Origin: an uncultured Chloroflexia bacterium
GTDB lineage: Bacteria > Chloroflexota > UBA6077 > JACCZL01
Assembly (NCBI GenBank): GCA_963765765.1
Contig: CAVXYC010000028.1
Coordinates: 128,001 to 192,000 of the forward strand
Reading direction: 5' to 3'
Length of the DNA: 64,000 nucleotides
Within the stretch, counting starts at the first letter, position 1, and each line of letters opens with the position of its first letter. Below, one piece after another: positions 1 through 8,930 of the stretch. Made by a program: the position numbers and the translations under genes. Under the pieces are notes generated by a model. The model saw only the letters and a program-made list of their open reading frames with translations, ran no database searches and was not told where the DNA came from.

Positions 1-26
1 CCACATCGATTTAGGACTCGACCCTG

Positions 27-665
27 ATGAGCATCTCCACGGTGATGGTGGACGCAGTCGATGCGCGTCGCGCACGGTTGTTCGAGCTTGTCGGCGATCA
101 TCCCGACTTCCGTGTTGTCGGTGAAGCGCGGACCGTGCGCGAAGCCGTCGTGGTTCTGTCGCGCCTCCAGCCAGACTTGATAATCGCCGTCAGCGACACG
201 CTTGAAGTGGATAGCTGCCCAGGTCCAATGAGCCTCCTGCAAGCCACGGAACATTCCACTTTTATATTCATCGGCGACTGTCCGGTGCCGACCTTCAAGT
301 ATCTGACCACCAACGTCTTCCTGTTGGACCTTGCCGAATTGAATTCTGCTGTCCCGGGACTGCTCCAACACATCCGTCTGCGCAGTGGAAGCTCGGGCCA
401 GATTGCGGCCAGGGTTCTGGCCCGAGCGCGATCGTATCGCGCCGCGGGTAGATCAATGCCTTCGCCACGGCAGATGGACGTTCTTCGGTATCTCGCGGAC
501 GGGCACTCACATCGAGCGATCGCCGATGCCCTCGGTATCTCTCAAGCCACGGTAGATCGGCACGTCGCGGATCTCTACGTGAAGCTGGACGTAGCGTCCC
601 GCGAACAGGCCATAGCCCGAGCTGCAGAGCTAGCCTGGCTACCGCCGAGGGGGCAGCTAGGCTAG
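27..665 (+). CDS. NarL/LuxR-family response regulator with atypical receiver domain
   Basis: C-terminal LuxR HTH (SPRQMDVLRYLADGHSHRAIADALGISQATVDRHV..LYVKLDV.SR); N-terminal receiver-like VVGEA...PDLII segment. Confidence 0.8.
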   Translation: MSISTVMVDAVDARRARLFELVGDHPDFRVVGEARTVREAVVVLSRLQPDLIIAVSDTLEVDSCPGPMSLLQATEHSTFIFIGDCPVPTFKYLTTNVFLLDLAELNSAVPGLLQHIRLRSGSSGQIAARVLARARSYRAAGRSMPSPRQMDVLRYLADGHSHRAIADALGISQATVDRHVADLYVKLDVASREQAIARAAELAWLPPRGQLG

Positions 666-667
666 TT

Positions 668-960
668 CTAGTCCTTGGCATGGCGCTCGATGGCCGGATC
701 TGGCGCATATCCGAGACTTCCCCAGAACTCGGGCGCTCCCGGCTCAACTTTGGAGGCCACAATCGTGATGTGCTCTGCCCCGAGGTGGCGCAAGGCAATC
801 TGCACCGATTGCACCAGCGCGCGAGGTCAGGATCACCGCCTTCCACATTCGCATACCAGCCCGCGCGCGACACACATGTCGCGCGTCCCGGGACAACGGT
901 AATCCCCGACTGCAGAGGTGCGTCGCCGAGATTCGTACCGCCGGCGAGCTGAAACGCCTC
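668..960 (-). pseudogene. Possible frameshifted GNAT-like remnant
   Basis: Hand translation of the minus strand ends ...ALVQSVQIALRHLGAEHITIVASKVEPGAPEFWGSLGYAPDPAIERHAKD* (stop at 668), resembling the GNAT C-terminal A..FW..LGY motif. Frame break in a GC repeat near 820; start undefined. Confidence 0.3.
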
Positions 961-1002
961 GCCGGGTTGCGGACAATGCGGTCGGGCAGAGGGGAGTTCA
1001 GA

Positions 1003-2055
1003 GTGACGACAGTGATGCGAGTGAGCGATGTTGGCGATCTGGTCCAGGAATGGGTCAACGAGCACGGCCAGCATCTTCCCGGATTCCGCGGAGCGTATCT
1101 TTTCGGTAGCCTCGCGACGATGCCGGACGAGGCCATGTTCGCTACGTATCGCGACGTCGATCTCATTGTGGTGCTCGACTCGGGGACCAAGCAGACTGAC
1201 GACAACCTCGAAATGCCCTACAAAGGCCTCATGCTCGAGGTCGGCTTCATCGGCCTCGACGAGCACCGGGATGCAGAGGCCATTCTCGCTCGGCCGGATC
1301 GCGCCGGGAATCTGGCGCGTACCCGGATTCTCGCCGATCCGATCGGATTCCTCGCGCCGCTCCAACGGGAGGTTGCCCGGCGATATGCCGAGCGGCGGTG
1401 GGTGGAGGCACGCTGCGAAGCCGAGAAGCGAGATGCCCGGAAAGCCCTGGAATCCATGGGCGAGGCGCCCGCCCCGTATCCGCGTTTGTTCGCGCTCGTC
1501 GGCACGATCTTGGGACTGGCCGGGTTGCTGGCCGTGGCCCGCCTCGAGATGCCCACAAGCCGACGCGCGCTCAGCGGGATGCAAAGCGCGCTAGAGTCGG
1601 AAGGACGGCCTGACCTGTACGCCGGGATGCTGGACGTCTGCGGCGTCGCCGACCTCACGTTGCGGGAGGTCCAGGGCTACCACGCCGAGATGCTGCGGGC
1701 GTTCGATCGTGCCGTCGAAGTCAGGCGCACATTTGTCCCGTATAGCTTCAAGGTGCAACCGCATCTTCGCCCGTATGTCGATGAGGCGATCGCCGAGCTG
1801 ATCACCGAGGGACACCATCGTGAGGCCGCGTTCTACCTCACGCTCCCGTACAGCACGGTTAACGCGATTCTCCAGAACGACGCTTCAGAGCAGGAGAAGC
1901 TGGCCTACCAGGTCGGCTTCGACGGCCTCCTAGACGCACTGGACTTGAACCGCCCACGCGACTGGGACGGTCGGCTGCGGCAAGCCCGCACGCTCTTCGC
2001 CGAGTTGACGCGGCTGGCAGATGCCTGCGCGTCCCGGACCAGCGAAAGTCTGTGA
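1003..2055 (+). CDS. Pol-beta-superfamily nucleotidyltransferase-domain protein
   Basis: YLFGS...DVD motif followed by a helical C-terminal domain; GGGGAG RBS at 991-996 before GTG 1003 (ATG 1015 is an alternative start). Confidence 0.65.
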   Translation: MTTVMRVSDVGDLVQEWVNEHGQHLPGFRGAYLFGSLATMPDEAMFATYRDVDLIVVLDSGTKQTDDNLEMPYKGLMLEVGFIGLDEHRDAEAILARPDRAGNLARTRILADPIGFLAPLQREVARRYAERRWVEARCEAEKRDARKALESMGEAPAPYPRLFALVGTILGLAGLLAVARLEMPTSRRALSGMQSALESEGRPDLYAGMLDVCGVADLTLREVQGYHAEMLRAFDRAVEVRRTFVPYSFKVQPHLRPYVDEAIAELITEGHHREAAFYLTLPYSTVNAILQNDASEQEKLAYQVGFDGLLDALDLNRPRDWDGRLRQARTLFAELTRLADACASRTSESL

Positions 2056-2136
2056 GACGATCGGTTCACCCGAGAAAGTATTCCTCTACATCCGATAAGC
2101 GTCACCGATGAGTGGAGGTGTCGAATGTCCGAGTGC

Positions 2137-3099
2137 TCACGCTACTGAGCGAGCCGCCTGCTTTAACAGTCTCGCTTCACGCTTGACTCGCTCCCCCTCC
2201 TGGAGCGTAAACCAGAGGTAGAACGCGAAGTAGCTGCGCCAGCCGGCCCACGAGTCAGCAATCGTGCGGACTTCGGCTTCGCTGGCCAATCGGCCCATGC
2301 CGTACCGCTGACCCACAATGCGGCGAAGACCGCCATCACCAGCGGGAATGACGTCAGGATGACCGATCCCACGCATGAGCACGTATTCGGCCGTCCACCG
2401 GCCGATTCCGGTGAGCAGCTCCAATCGGTCTAGCGCCGCCTGGGCTGGGATGGTGAAAAGCGCGTCGAGATCGAGTCGCCCTTCGACGATCTCATATGCC
2501 AGATTGAGAATGTAGCGCGATTTCTGTCGGCTGAACTGAATCTCAGAAAGCTCGGCTTCAGTGATATCGATCACGCGCTCCGGTGTCGGGAAAAGCATCC
2601 ATGACTCTCCGTCGATCTTGAACGATGTTCCGAAGCGCTCAACGAAGGCCCGCTTGCACTTGGCGGCGAAGATGACGTTGATCTGCTGGCCGATGATGGC
2701 CCAGGTGATCGTCTCAAAGATGTCGGGCAATAGCACTGGACGAACACCGCGGAAGCGCGTCAGCAGCTCCTGTCCAAACTCGTCCTTACGAGGTAGTGAG
2801 TCGAGCAGTGGACTGACGTCAACCGCAGTGGCGAAGACTCGCTGCACGATTGGTCGCATCATGCCTTCCGCGTCCCTTGGAAGCGACTCGCCCTGCAACG
2901 TTACGTACAGATCGGTTGGATTTGCCTCTGTGGATTCCACGCTCATGAGCGCTGGCTTCCCCTCGAGTGCAATGGGACGATGGTACGAGCGCTCGCCGAG
3001 TCGCTCGACGATTCGAGCAGGGGATCCGCGAAGATACCTCAGAGCAAGGTCAAATGAGAATGGTTGAGTTGTCGGGACGGTGAATGAAACAGAGGGCAT
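2137..3099 (-). CDS. alkA: DNA-3-methyladenine glycosylase II (AlkA family)
   Basis: AlkA N-terminal segment (PFSFDLALRYL), FETITWAIIGQQI, FPTPE, HhH LTGIGRWTAEY, catalytic Asp in PAGD, W..WRSY. Confidence 0.9.
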   Translation of the reverse strand: MPSVSFTVPTTQPFSFDLALRYLRGSPARIVERLGERSYHRPIALEGKPALMSVESTEANPTDLYVTLQGESLPRDAEGMMRPIVQRVFATAVDVSPLLDSLPRKDEFGQELLTRFRGVRPVLLPDIFETITWAIIGQQINVIFAAKCKRAFVERFGTSFKIDGESWMLFPTPERVIDITEAELSEIQFSRQKSRYILNLAYEIVEGRLDLDALFTIPAQAALDRLELLTGIGRWTAEYVLMRGIGHPDVIPAGDGGLRRIVGQRYGMGRLASEAEVRTIADSWAGWRSYFAFYLWFTLQEGERVKREARLLKQAARSVA

Positions 3100-3100
3100 A

Positions 3101-3820
3101 TCAGGCAGGACGACAGAGTTTACACGCGCGGTATCCCGCGGCCACAGCCGCGGCAGGCGTCGGAAAGGTCACCTCATTCCCACGCTTGACGCGCTTCCCG
3201 GCGTAGCAGAACGGCAGACAGAAGATACGCGTTGAGATACAGGCGTTGAAGCGCATTCCCTGCCTTGCGTTTCGAGCAAGCTGGTCCACGTCTACACCCT
3301 CGTGGGCCAGTATTTCTCGCTTCTTCTCCACTCCGCCCGCACCGTAGTTCACCAACGTGTAGTCAGTACGGACGGCACGATGGCATGGCACCAGCACCGG
3401 AATCGGATTGGTTGCCATGGCATCGCCCACTGCCCGCGCGGCGAGAGGGGCGCCGATTGCTCTGGCAATCCAGGAGTAGGAGCGAATCTCCCCACGGCGC
3501 ACTGCCATGACTTCGCGGAGCGCCTTTTGCTGGAGAGGCGAGACTGTGCTGAGATCGACCGCGCCTCTGAACCGTCCTTTGCCATTCAAGAAGTCTTTGA
3601 CGGATCGAGAAAGCGGAGCTGGCACGTCGTCCGATTGGGTCGGCCGTTGTCCCAGGAAACCTTCACATTTCTCTTCGAAGACTTCGTACTCGACGTCGAG
3701 GTCCGAAAATCGGACCGTTCGCCCTGAATACGCGACCCAGAGACGTCCATAAGTCGAATCAAAGGGTGTGTAATTGAGGCAATCGTAGGATCGCGAGGCG
3801 CGTTTACTTCGAGCTGTCAT
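3101..3820 (-). CDS. ogt: O6-alkylguanine-DNA alkyltransferase with C-terminal Ada Zn-binding (methylphosphotriester) module
   Basis: ARAVG..MATNPIPVLVPCHR active site; C-terminal IFCLPFC...AGYRACKLCRP; start taken at ATG 3820 after a GGGGG RBS. Confidence 0.88.
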   Translation of the reverse strand: MTARSKRASRSYDCLNYTPFDSTYGRLWVAYSGRTVRFSDLDVEYEVFEEKCEGFLGQRPTQSDDVPAPLSRSVKDFLNGKGRFRGAVDLSTVSPLQQKALREVMAVRRGEIRSYSWIARAIGAPLAARAVGDAMATNPIPVLVPCHRAVRTDYTLVNYGAGGVEKKREILAHEGVDVDQLARNARQGMRFNACISTRIFCLPFCYAGKRVKRGNEVTFPTPAAAVAAGYRACKLCRPA

Positions 3821-3884
3821 CGGAATCCCCCAAAGCAACTTGTATCGCCCTCCGCCGGCCATCCGTAGAGCTCCGGCACTCTCC

Positions 3885-4784
3885 CTACACCGCCACCGCC
3901 AGAGGTCGGCAGTGTTTACACGGCCGATATCCGGCGGCGCTCGCGGCGCGCTCGTTTTCAAACGGAACTTGATGATTGGCCTGGATTCGACGCGCATCTC
4001 GGCAGGTTGGATAGCAATAGATATGCGTCGTATCGCTTCCAAGGTATCTGACGCGACGATGCGCCAGCTCGTCAATGGCATCGGGGGAGGCACCTTCTCG
4101 CTGGAGCAGTGCGCGCTTGACGCCGCTGCCATAGGCGTAGTTTCCGACCCCGCCAGTAGAGGGGACAACACGATGGCAGGGCAGGATCAGCGGTACGGGA
4201 TTGCGATTCATGATATTTCCCACGGCCCGCACCGCGCGCGGACTGCCTGCTTCAGCGGCTAGCCACGCGTACGGCCTGACTTCTCCCACAGGAATCGTCC
4301 TCATTTTCTCTAACACCGATCGCTCAAACATTGGCAAGCCATCGAGGTCCACGGGCACGTCCTTTGACCAGCGTCCCTCAGCGGCTTCCTTCACGGCATG
4401 GCCGAGCCTGGGCGGCACATCGGCCAGCGTGGCTTCGCGTCCGAGCCGGCGTCGGTATGCTGCCTGCGCATCCATTGGCTGGGCCGGCAGGAGCGAGACA
4501 AATGTCAAACCTCGCTCGTTGAAACCTACCCACACCTGGCCCAACACAGTTTCAACGGCACCGATCCGATCGCCCAGCGCGGTGATCACCGCACGACAGA
4601 TTGAGGCCGGAGCTGACGAAACATGCTTCAAGAGCGAGCCCGACATGCGCTTCAGCTCATCAAGCTCCGCACGACAGCTCTGGCAGCTAGCGATGTGATG
4701 CTCGATTGCGTGCTGCTCACTGGTAGTCAGCTCAGATGTCCGGAAAGCATCGAGCAATACGGCGATCTGTTCACACTTCAACAC
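3885..4784 (-). CDS. Fusion: zf-HC2/ZAS anti-sigma zinc finger + O6-alkylguanine alkyltransferase + Ada Zn module
   Basis: N-terminal C..(LLDAF..EL)..HIASCQSC (HxxxCxxC); central RAVGNIMNRNPVPLILPCHRVV; C-terminal IYCYPTC...AGYRPCKHCRP; start overlaps the end of the sigma gene by 14 nt. Confidence 0.88.
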   Translation of the reverse strand: MLKCEQIAVLLDAFRTSELTTSEQHAIEHHIASCQSCRAELDELKRMSGSLLKHVSSAPASICRAVITALGDRIGAVETVLGQVWVGFNERGLTFVSLLPAQPMDAQAAYRRRLGREATLADVPPRLGHAVKEAAEGRWSKDVPVDLDGLPMFERSVLEKMRTIPVGEVRPYAWLAAEAGSPRAVRAVGNIMNRNPVPLILPCHRVVPSTGGVGNYAYGSGVKRALLQREGASPDAIDELAHRRVRYLGSDTTHIYCYPTCRDARRIQANHQVPFENERAASAAGYRPCKHCRPLAVAV

Positions 4785-5334
4785 TCTCGTCCTCCGAACA
4801 AAGCTGTCTCAAACTGGCGAGCGCTCGAAACACCTTCCCGCGGGCAGCCGCCTCGGTTCCACCCTTCACCGCGGCGATCTCCGCATAAGTGAGATCGTGA
4901 ACAAAGCGCAGCTCTAGCCACTCACGAACGGACCAATCCAACCGTTCAAGTCCACGATGCAACTTCTCATCCCCCGCATCCAGCTCTGGTCCTCCATATG
5001 TCGACGGGTCAGCGATTTGATGGCCATCATCGAGAAGATCAGTGATTGGTCGGCTCTTACGGGCCCGCAGGCGGTTGAGCGCGAGGTTTCGGGCGATTCT
5101 CAGAAGCCACGGGCGAACCTGCAACGTCTCAACTTGCTCATCTGTGTACTGCGTACGAACCGCTCGAACGGCTCGAATGAAGGTGTCTTGAGCCACCTCC
5201 TCGGCATCGCGGGAGTCACGAACCATCGAGAGCGCATAGGAATAGATCCCGTTCTGATGGGACACCACCAGTTCTTCGATAGCCCGTTCATCTCCGCGAT
5301 GAACGCCGATGAGCAGGTCTTCTACTACTGTCAT
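4771..5334 (-). CDS. ECF-type RNA polymerase sigma factor
   Basis: Region 2 DAEEVAQDTFIRA...WLLRIARNLALN; region 4 LRFVHDLTYAEIA....EAAARGKVFRALASLR; start uncertain (5334-5391). Confidence 0.9.
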   Translation of the reverse strand: MTVVEDLLIGVHRGDERAIEELVVSHQNGIYSYALSMVRDSRDAEEVAQDTFIRAVRAVRTQYTDEQVETLQVRPWLLRIARNLALNRLRARKSRPITDLLDDGHQIADPSTYGGPELDAGDEKLHRGLERLDWSVREWLELRFVHDLTYAEIAAVKGGTEAAARGKVFRALASLRQLCSEDESVEV

Positions 5335-5377
5335 CGTCGCCAAGCTCACTCCCGTTGCGCGGTCTGCTACGCTCAAT

Positions 5378-5404
5378 AAACACTTAGACATGGCCCCGCG
5401 TTCG
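5378..5404 (-). promoter_or_regulatory. Candidate ECF-type promoter (CGAAC-N17-TGTT)
   Basis: Minus strand reads cgaac gcggggccatgtctaag tgtt just upstream of the sigma gene; only a generic match to the ECF AAC/GTT pattern. Confidence 0.25.
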
Positions 5405-5438
5405 TGGCACCAGTCATGGGCGAGCGGCGGAGCACATT

Positions 5439-6023
5439 GTGAGCGATGAAATAGCCGGCGTGCCTATTCTCAATATCATCGGCGCGTCCGTGGCACTGGG
5501 TCCGCTGCGCAGGGATTTACTACCGCACTACGAGCGATGGATGAACGACTTTGAGGTCACCAAGACCCTCAGCGTCGGCTGGCTGGCGATGACTTCCGAG
5601 AGTGAGTCCGCCTGGTATGAGCACGCTTCCCGGGCGTCCGACCAGGTCAGCTTCACGGTCTACGAGCGGCCATCGCTTCGCCCCATCGGCAATGCCGGAC
5701 TTACCGAGATCGACTTCCGCCACGGCACGGCCGAATTCGGAATCATGATTGGTGAGAAGGACTCCTGGGGAAAGGGCTACGGGACGGAAGTGACGCGACT
5801 CGTTGTGGACTACGCGTTCTCGGGGCTGGGCTTACACAACGTCATGCTCCGCTGCTACGCGACAAATGAGGCTGGTATCCGAGCCTATACCAAGGCGGGC
5901 TTCAAGCTAATCGGACGGCGGCGCGAGTCTCGCCGCCGTGGCGGTGGCTACGTCGACACCATCCTCATGGATTGCCTGGCATCAGATATTGAGCCAACGC
6001 TACTCAGGAACATGCTCGATTAA
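5439..6023 (+). CDS. RimJ/RimL-family GNAT N-acetyltransferase
   Basis: AEFGIMIGEKDSWGKGYGTE, N..GIRAYTKAGF. Confidence 0.85.
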   Translation: MSDEIAGVPILNIIGASVALGPLRRDLLPHYERWMNDFEVTKTLSVGWLAMTSESESAWYEHASRASDQVSFTVYERPSLRPIGNAGLTEIDFRHGTAEFGIMIGEKDSWGKGYGTEVTRLVVDYAFSGLGLHNVMLRCYATNEAGIRAYTKAGFKLIGRRRESRRRGGGYVDTILMDCLASDIEPTLLRNMLD

Positions 6024-6216
6024 CGGCACATAGGCCGGCATTTGAGAGCCAGTCGCTTCCTGAATGCTGGCCTCGTATCCCTTGGCCACAACCGCGAGGT
6101 CAGGGAGTCTGGTTAGCGCTCGCACGCCAGCTCGAGCCCACAGCGCGTGCCTGGACGAGCGCCCAGCTCCGGTCGATAGCATGAGCCCGATGTCCCGTCA
6201 GGATTGCGATGCGAAG

Positions 6217-6471
6217 TCAGTCCTCAAAAAAGATCGGGCGACTAGATTTAACACGCGGACTCTCGGCCGACCACACGCCGATCGCGCTGACACTCAGTAC
6301 ACGAGAACGCAGCTGGATTTGCGGAGCTCGACGCATGTTAAGGATGAGCGACTGTCCGTTGGTGAAGTTTGTCGTAGCCACATTGAGCTGCACCGAAGCA
6401 GCCTGAGTAGACACGGGTGCATCCAGGCGGGTGGCTCGTGCCTCCTCGGCACGGCCAGCTTGTGAGTCCAT
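6217..6471 (-). CDS. Short hypothetical protein or gene remnant
   Basis: ATG-started ORF filling a gap; no confident motif. Confidence 0.25.
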   Translation of the reverse strand: MDSQAGRAEEARATRLDAPVSTQAASVQLNVATTNFTNGQSLILNMRRAPQIQLRSRVLSVSAIGVWSAESPRVKSSRPIFFED

Positions 6472-6707
6472 GGATAATAGAGATGCAGTATGGCGCTCAC
6501 GACCAGAGCTGTTTGGATGAGAGTGCGGCCATATGCCGAAGTCCAGTGCCCTTTTGAAGTGGTTGAACCGGGCTTTCACGTCGCGCTCCGATAACCACGA
6601 TCGGCTCGCGGTCAGACGAGACAACGAGCGCTCAGAGCGGCGCGGGATGGGATTGTCTACTTCGCATCCGGATAGACAAGCCAGCACGCACCATCACAAC
6701 AGGAGCA

Positions 6708-7661
6708 ATGATGCAGACCCACATATCCCCAGACCCAGAGCTCGTGCCCCTTGGGCTCACGGGCATCAACGTCCCGCCGTTGGGCCTTGGCACGTGGCAA
6801 TGGGGGGATCGCGTGTGGTGGCAGTATGGAGACCGATACAACGACGATGACATCCGGGCCGCTTACAACACCGCGGTGGCACGTGGAATTCGGCTCTTCG
6901 ACTCGGCCGAGATCTATGGGATGGGCAAGTCCGAAAAGCTGCTTGGCGAGCTCAGCAACGGAGATCCGTCGATCGTCGTTGCCACGAAGTTTTTCCCGTT
7001 CCCATGGAGATTGCGAGTAACAGATGTTGAGCGAGCCTTACGCGGAAGCCTTCGGCGATTAATAGATCGCCCAGTGGATCTCTATCAGGTTCACTGGCCA
7101 CTGCCACCGATTCCATTGGAGAGGTGGATGGACGGCCTGGCACGAACGGTTGAGAAGGGCCTCGCCCGGAGCGTGGGCGTCTCCAATTTCAACCAGCGCC
7201 AGATGGCTCGGGCGGTTCAGGCGCTCCACGCGCGAGGTATCCCGTTAGCCTCCAATCAGGTCGCGTTCAGCCTGCTGAATCGATCGCCGGAGCGAGACGG
7301 CGTTCTGGCATCCTGCCTGGCGCTAAACGTTTCCCTGATCGCCTACAGTCCGCTTGCCATGGGCATGCTCAGCGGCAAGTACACGGAAAAGAATCCGCCT
7401 CCAGGGATTCGCGGCCGAAGATACCCGCCTAGCCGACTTCGAGCGATGGGGCCGCTCATCACCACGCTGCGTCGCATCGGCGAGCATCGCGAGCGCACGC
7501 CGTCTCAGGTAGCACTAAATTGGGTGATCTGCAAAGGAGCCATTCCGATACCTGGAGCGAAGAACGCACTACAGGCCGAAGAAAACGCCGGTGCGCTGGG
7601 TTGGAGGCTCACGGCCGATGAAGTCGCTGAACTAGATGAGGTGAGCTTCAGGGTCTCGTAG
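6708..7661 (+). CDS. Aldo/keto reductase
   Basis: GLGTWQWG, FDSAEIYG, DLYQVHWP, VGVSNF, AYSPLAMG, IPIPGAK. Confidence 0.92.
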   Translation: MMQTHISPDPELVPLGLTGINVPPLGLGTWQWGDRVWWQYGDRYNDDDIRAAYNTAVARGIRLFDSAEIYGMGKSEKLLGELSNGDPSIVVATKFFPFPWRLRVTDVERALRGSLRRLIDRPVDLYQVHWPLPPIPLERWMDGLARTVEKGLARSVGVSNFNQRQMARAVQALHARGIPLASNQVAFSLLNRSPERDGVLASCLALNVSLIAYSPLAMGMLSGKYTEKNPPPGIRGRRYPPSRLRAMGPLITTLRRIGEHRERTPSQVALNWVICKGAIPIPGAKNALQAEENAGALGWRLTADEVAELDEVSFRVS

Positions 7662-7680
7662 TGGGACACGCGACTCACTC

Positions 7681-7769
7681 ACCGCTCATGTACTGAGCGG
7701 TTCAGCGCTAAGGCCTGGGAGAGGGTTGGGTGAGGAAAGTGCGAACGCCCCTCACCCTTCCCGAGGCCT
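7681..7769. terminator. Two hairpins between convergent genes; the second is REP-like
   Basis: ACCGCTCA-tgtac-TGAGCGGT (7681-7701); imperfect stem AGGCCTGGGAGAGGGTTGGGTGAGG...CCTCACCCTTCCCGAGGCCT (7711-7769). Confidence 0.55.
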
Positions 7770-7773
7770 CTAC

Positions 7774-8724
7774 CTACTGTGGGTTTCCGGCCTTTAGCCA
7801 CTCCGCGTAATCTTTCACGGCGTCGTTCAAACTCCATGCGGGCTTGTAGCCCGTGTCAGCCGTGGTGTTGTCCAGTGCGAGGTAAGGATTTTCTTTGTGT
7901 CCGGGACCTTTGCCGGGATTGAGTTGAACATTGAAGCCCGGGACTGCGGCTTGCACGGCGCTCAGCAGCTCACCCCAGGTCGTGGCGCGACCACCGCCGA
8001 CGTTGTAGATACGGCGCGGCAGCGAGCCGGATAAATGAACCTTCTGAATGCCTTGCGCGCAATCTTTGACGTAGCACAGATCACCCGCGTCCTCGGCATA
8101 CGGCACACCGCCGCGGCCGCCGGCGAGATTGGGATCGGTGCCCTTTACCGCGGCATGTGTGAGGCGGCTCGGAAGGTTGGCCATGCTGTGATACAGCGGG
8201 CCCCAGATCCCGGCGATCCGCATCATCACCACGTCCATGCCCGCTCGATCCGCGTAGTGCAAGCCGAGAATCTCGAAGGATTTCTTGAACGCTTCCGTGG
8301 GATTACCCGACTGCATGGGGAGGCGATCATCCTCGGTGTAGGGGCCTTTCTCCAATCCTGAGTAAACAGCCGTGGAGCTCGCAACAGAGAGGCGCTTTAC
8401 TTTCAGATCCTCCGCGACCTGGAGGATGTTGAGGAGGCCATCCATGTTCGTCTTGAAGTCTTCCGCCGGCGTCAGCGCACCGAGGCCGGGCACGGCTAGA
8501 TGGACGATGCCATCGACGTTGTGCTTCTTACCCACTTCGACGAGCGCATTGCGATCCACGACGTCGACGACCTCTACCTTGGCACGATTCCCAAGGTATG
8601 GCTTGATGAAGTCCGGCTCTCGTCGCGTGTGCCACATGGTGAGCACTACATCTTCGCCCGCATCGAGAATGGCCTTGGCAGTGTGCAGGCCAATGAACCC
8701 CATGCCACCTGTAATAAGCTGCAT
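7774..8724 (-). CDS. NAD-dependent epimerase/dehydratase (extended SDR)
   Basis: LITGGMGFIG Rossmann motif, SSTAVY, YVKD.A, IYNVGGG; GGGAG RBS. Confidence 0.85.
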   Translation of the reverse strand: MQLITGGMGFIGLHTAKAILDAGEDVVLTMWHTRREPDFIKPYLGNRAKVEVVDVVDRNALVEVGKKHNVDGIVHLAVPGLGALTPAEDFKTNMDGLLNILQVAEDLKVKRLSVASSTAVYSGLEKGPYTEDDRLPMQSGNPTEAFKKSFEILGLHYADRAGMDVVMMRIAGIWGPLYHSMANLPSRLTHAAVKGTDPNLAGGRGGVPYAEDAGDLCYVKDCAQGIQKVHLSGSLPRRIYNVGGGRATTWGELLSAVQAAVPGFNVQLNPGKGPGHKENPYLALDNTTADTGYKPAWSLNDAVKDYAEWLKAGNPQ

Positions 8725-8930
8725 CCTTCTCCCTCCCAATGATCCGTCCCGAGAGCATTACACGATATGGGCGCTCTCGGGACAGAGCCCTAGACTACGG
8801 GCTATTGTGGGCAAGTGGTCCGCGAAGCGCAAGCATCAGTTTGACCGCCCAGACGAGCCGCAAAAGCTCGGATCGGCCCAACGTCAGACGCTAGAATATG
8901 CAAAGTGGTGTCTCAATCAGGTGACGCGTA

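Noticed and set aside
295-1584. 429-aa minus-strand ORF
   Set aside because: Antisense to two better-supported genes and has no motif; typical GC-rich shadow ORF.
3821-4171. N-terminal extension of the 356-aa Ogt ORF
   Set aside because: Overlaps the upstream fusion gene in another frame; recognisable sequence begins only after ATG 3820.
6020-6500. Possible YcgR/PilZ-like or read-through gene
   Set aside because: Only a vague GQ.L.L...SRV resemblance and no consistent continuation after the stop at 6217.
8750-8930. HAIR or CIRCE heat-shock operator before cbpA
   Set aside because: Neither inverted repeat is present; only a TAGAAT -10-like hexamer.
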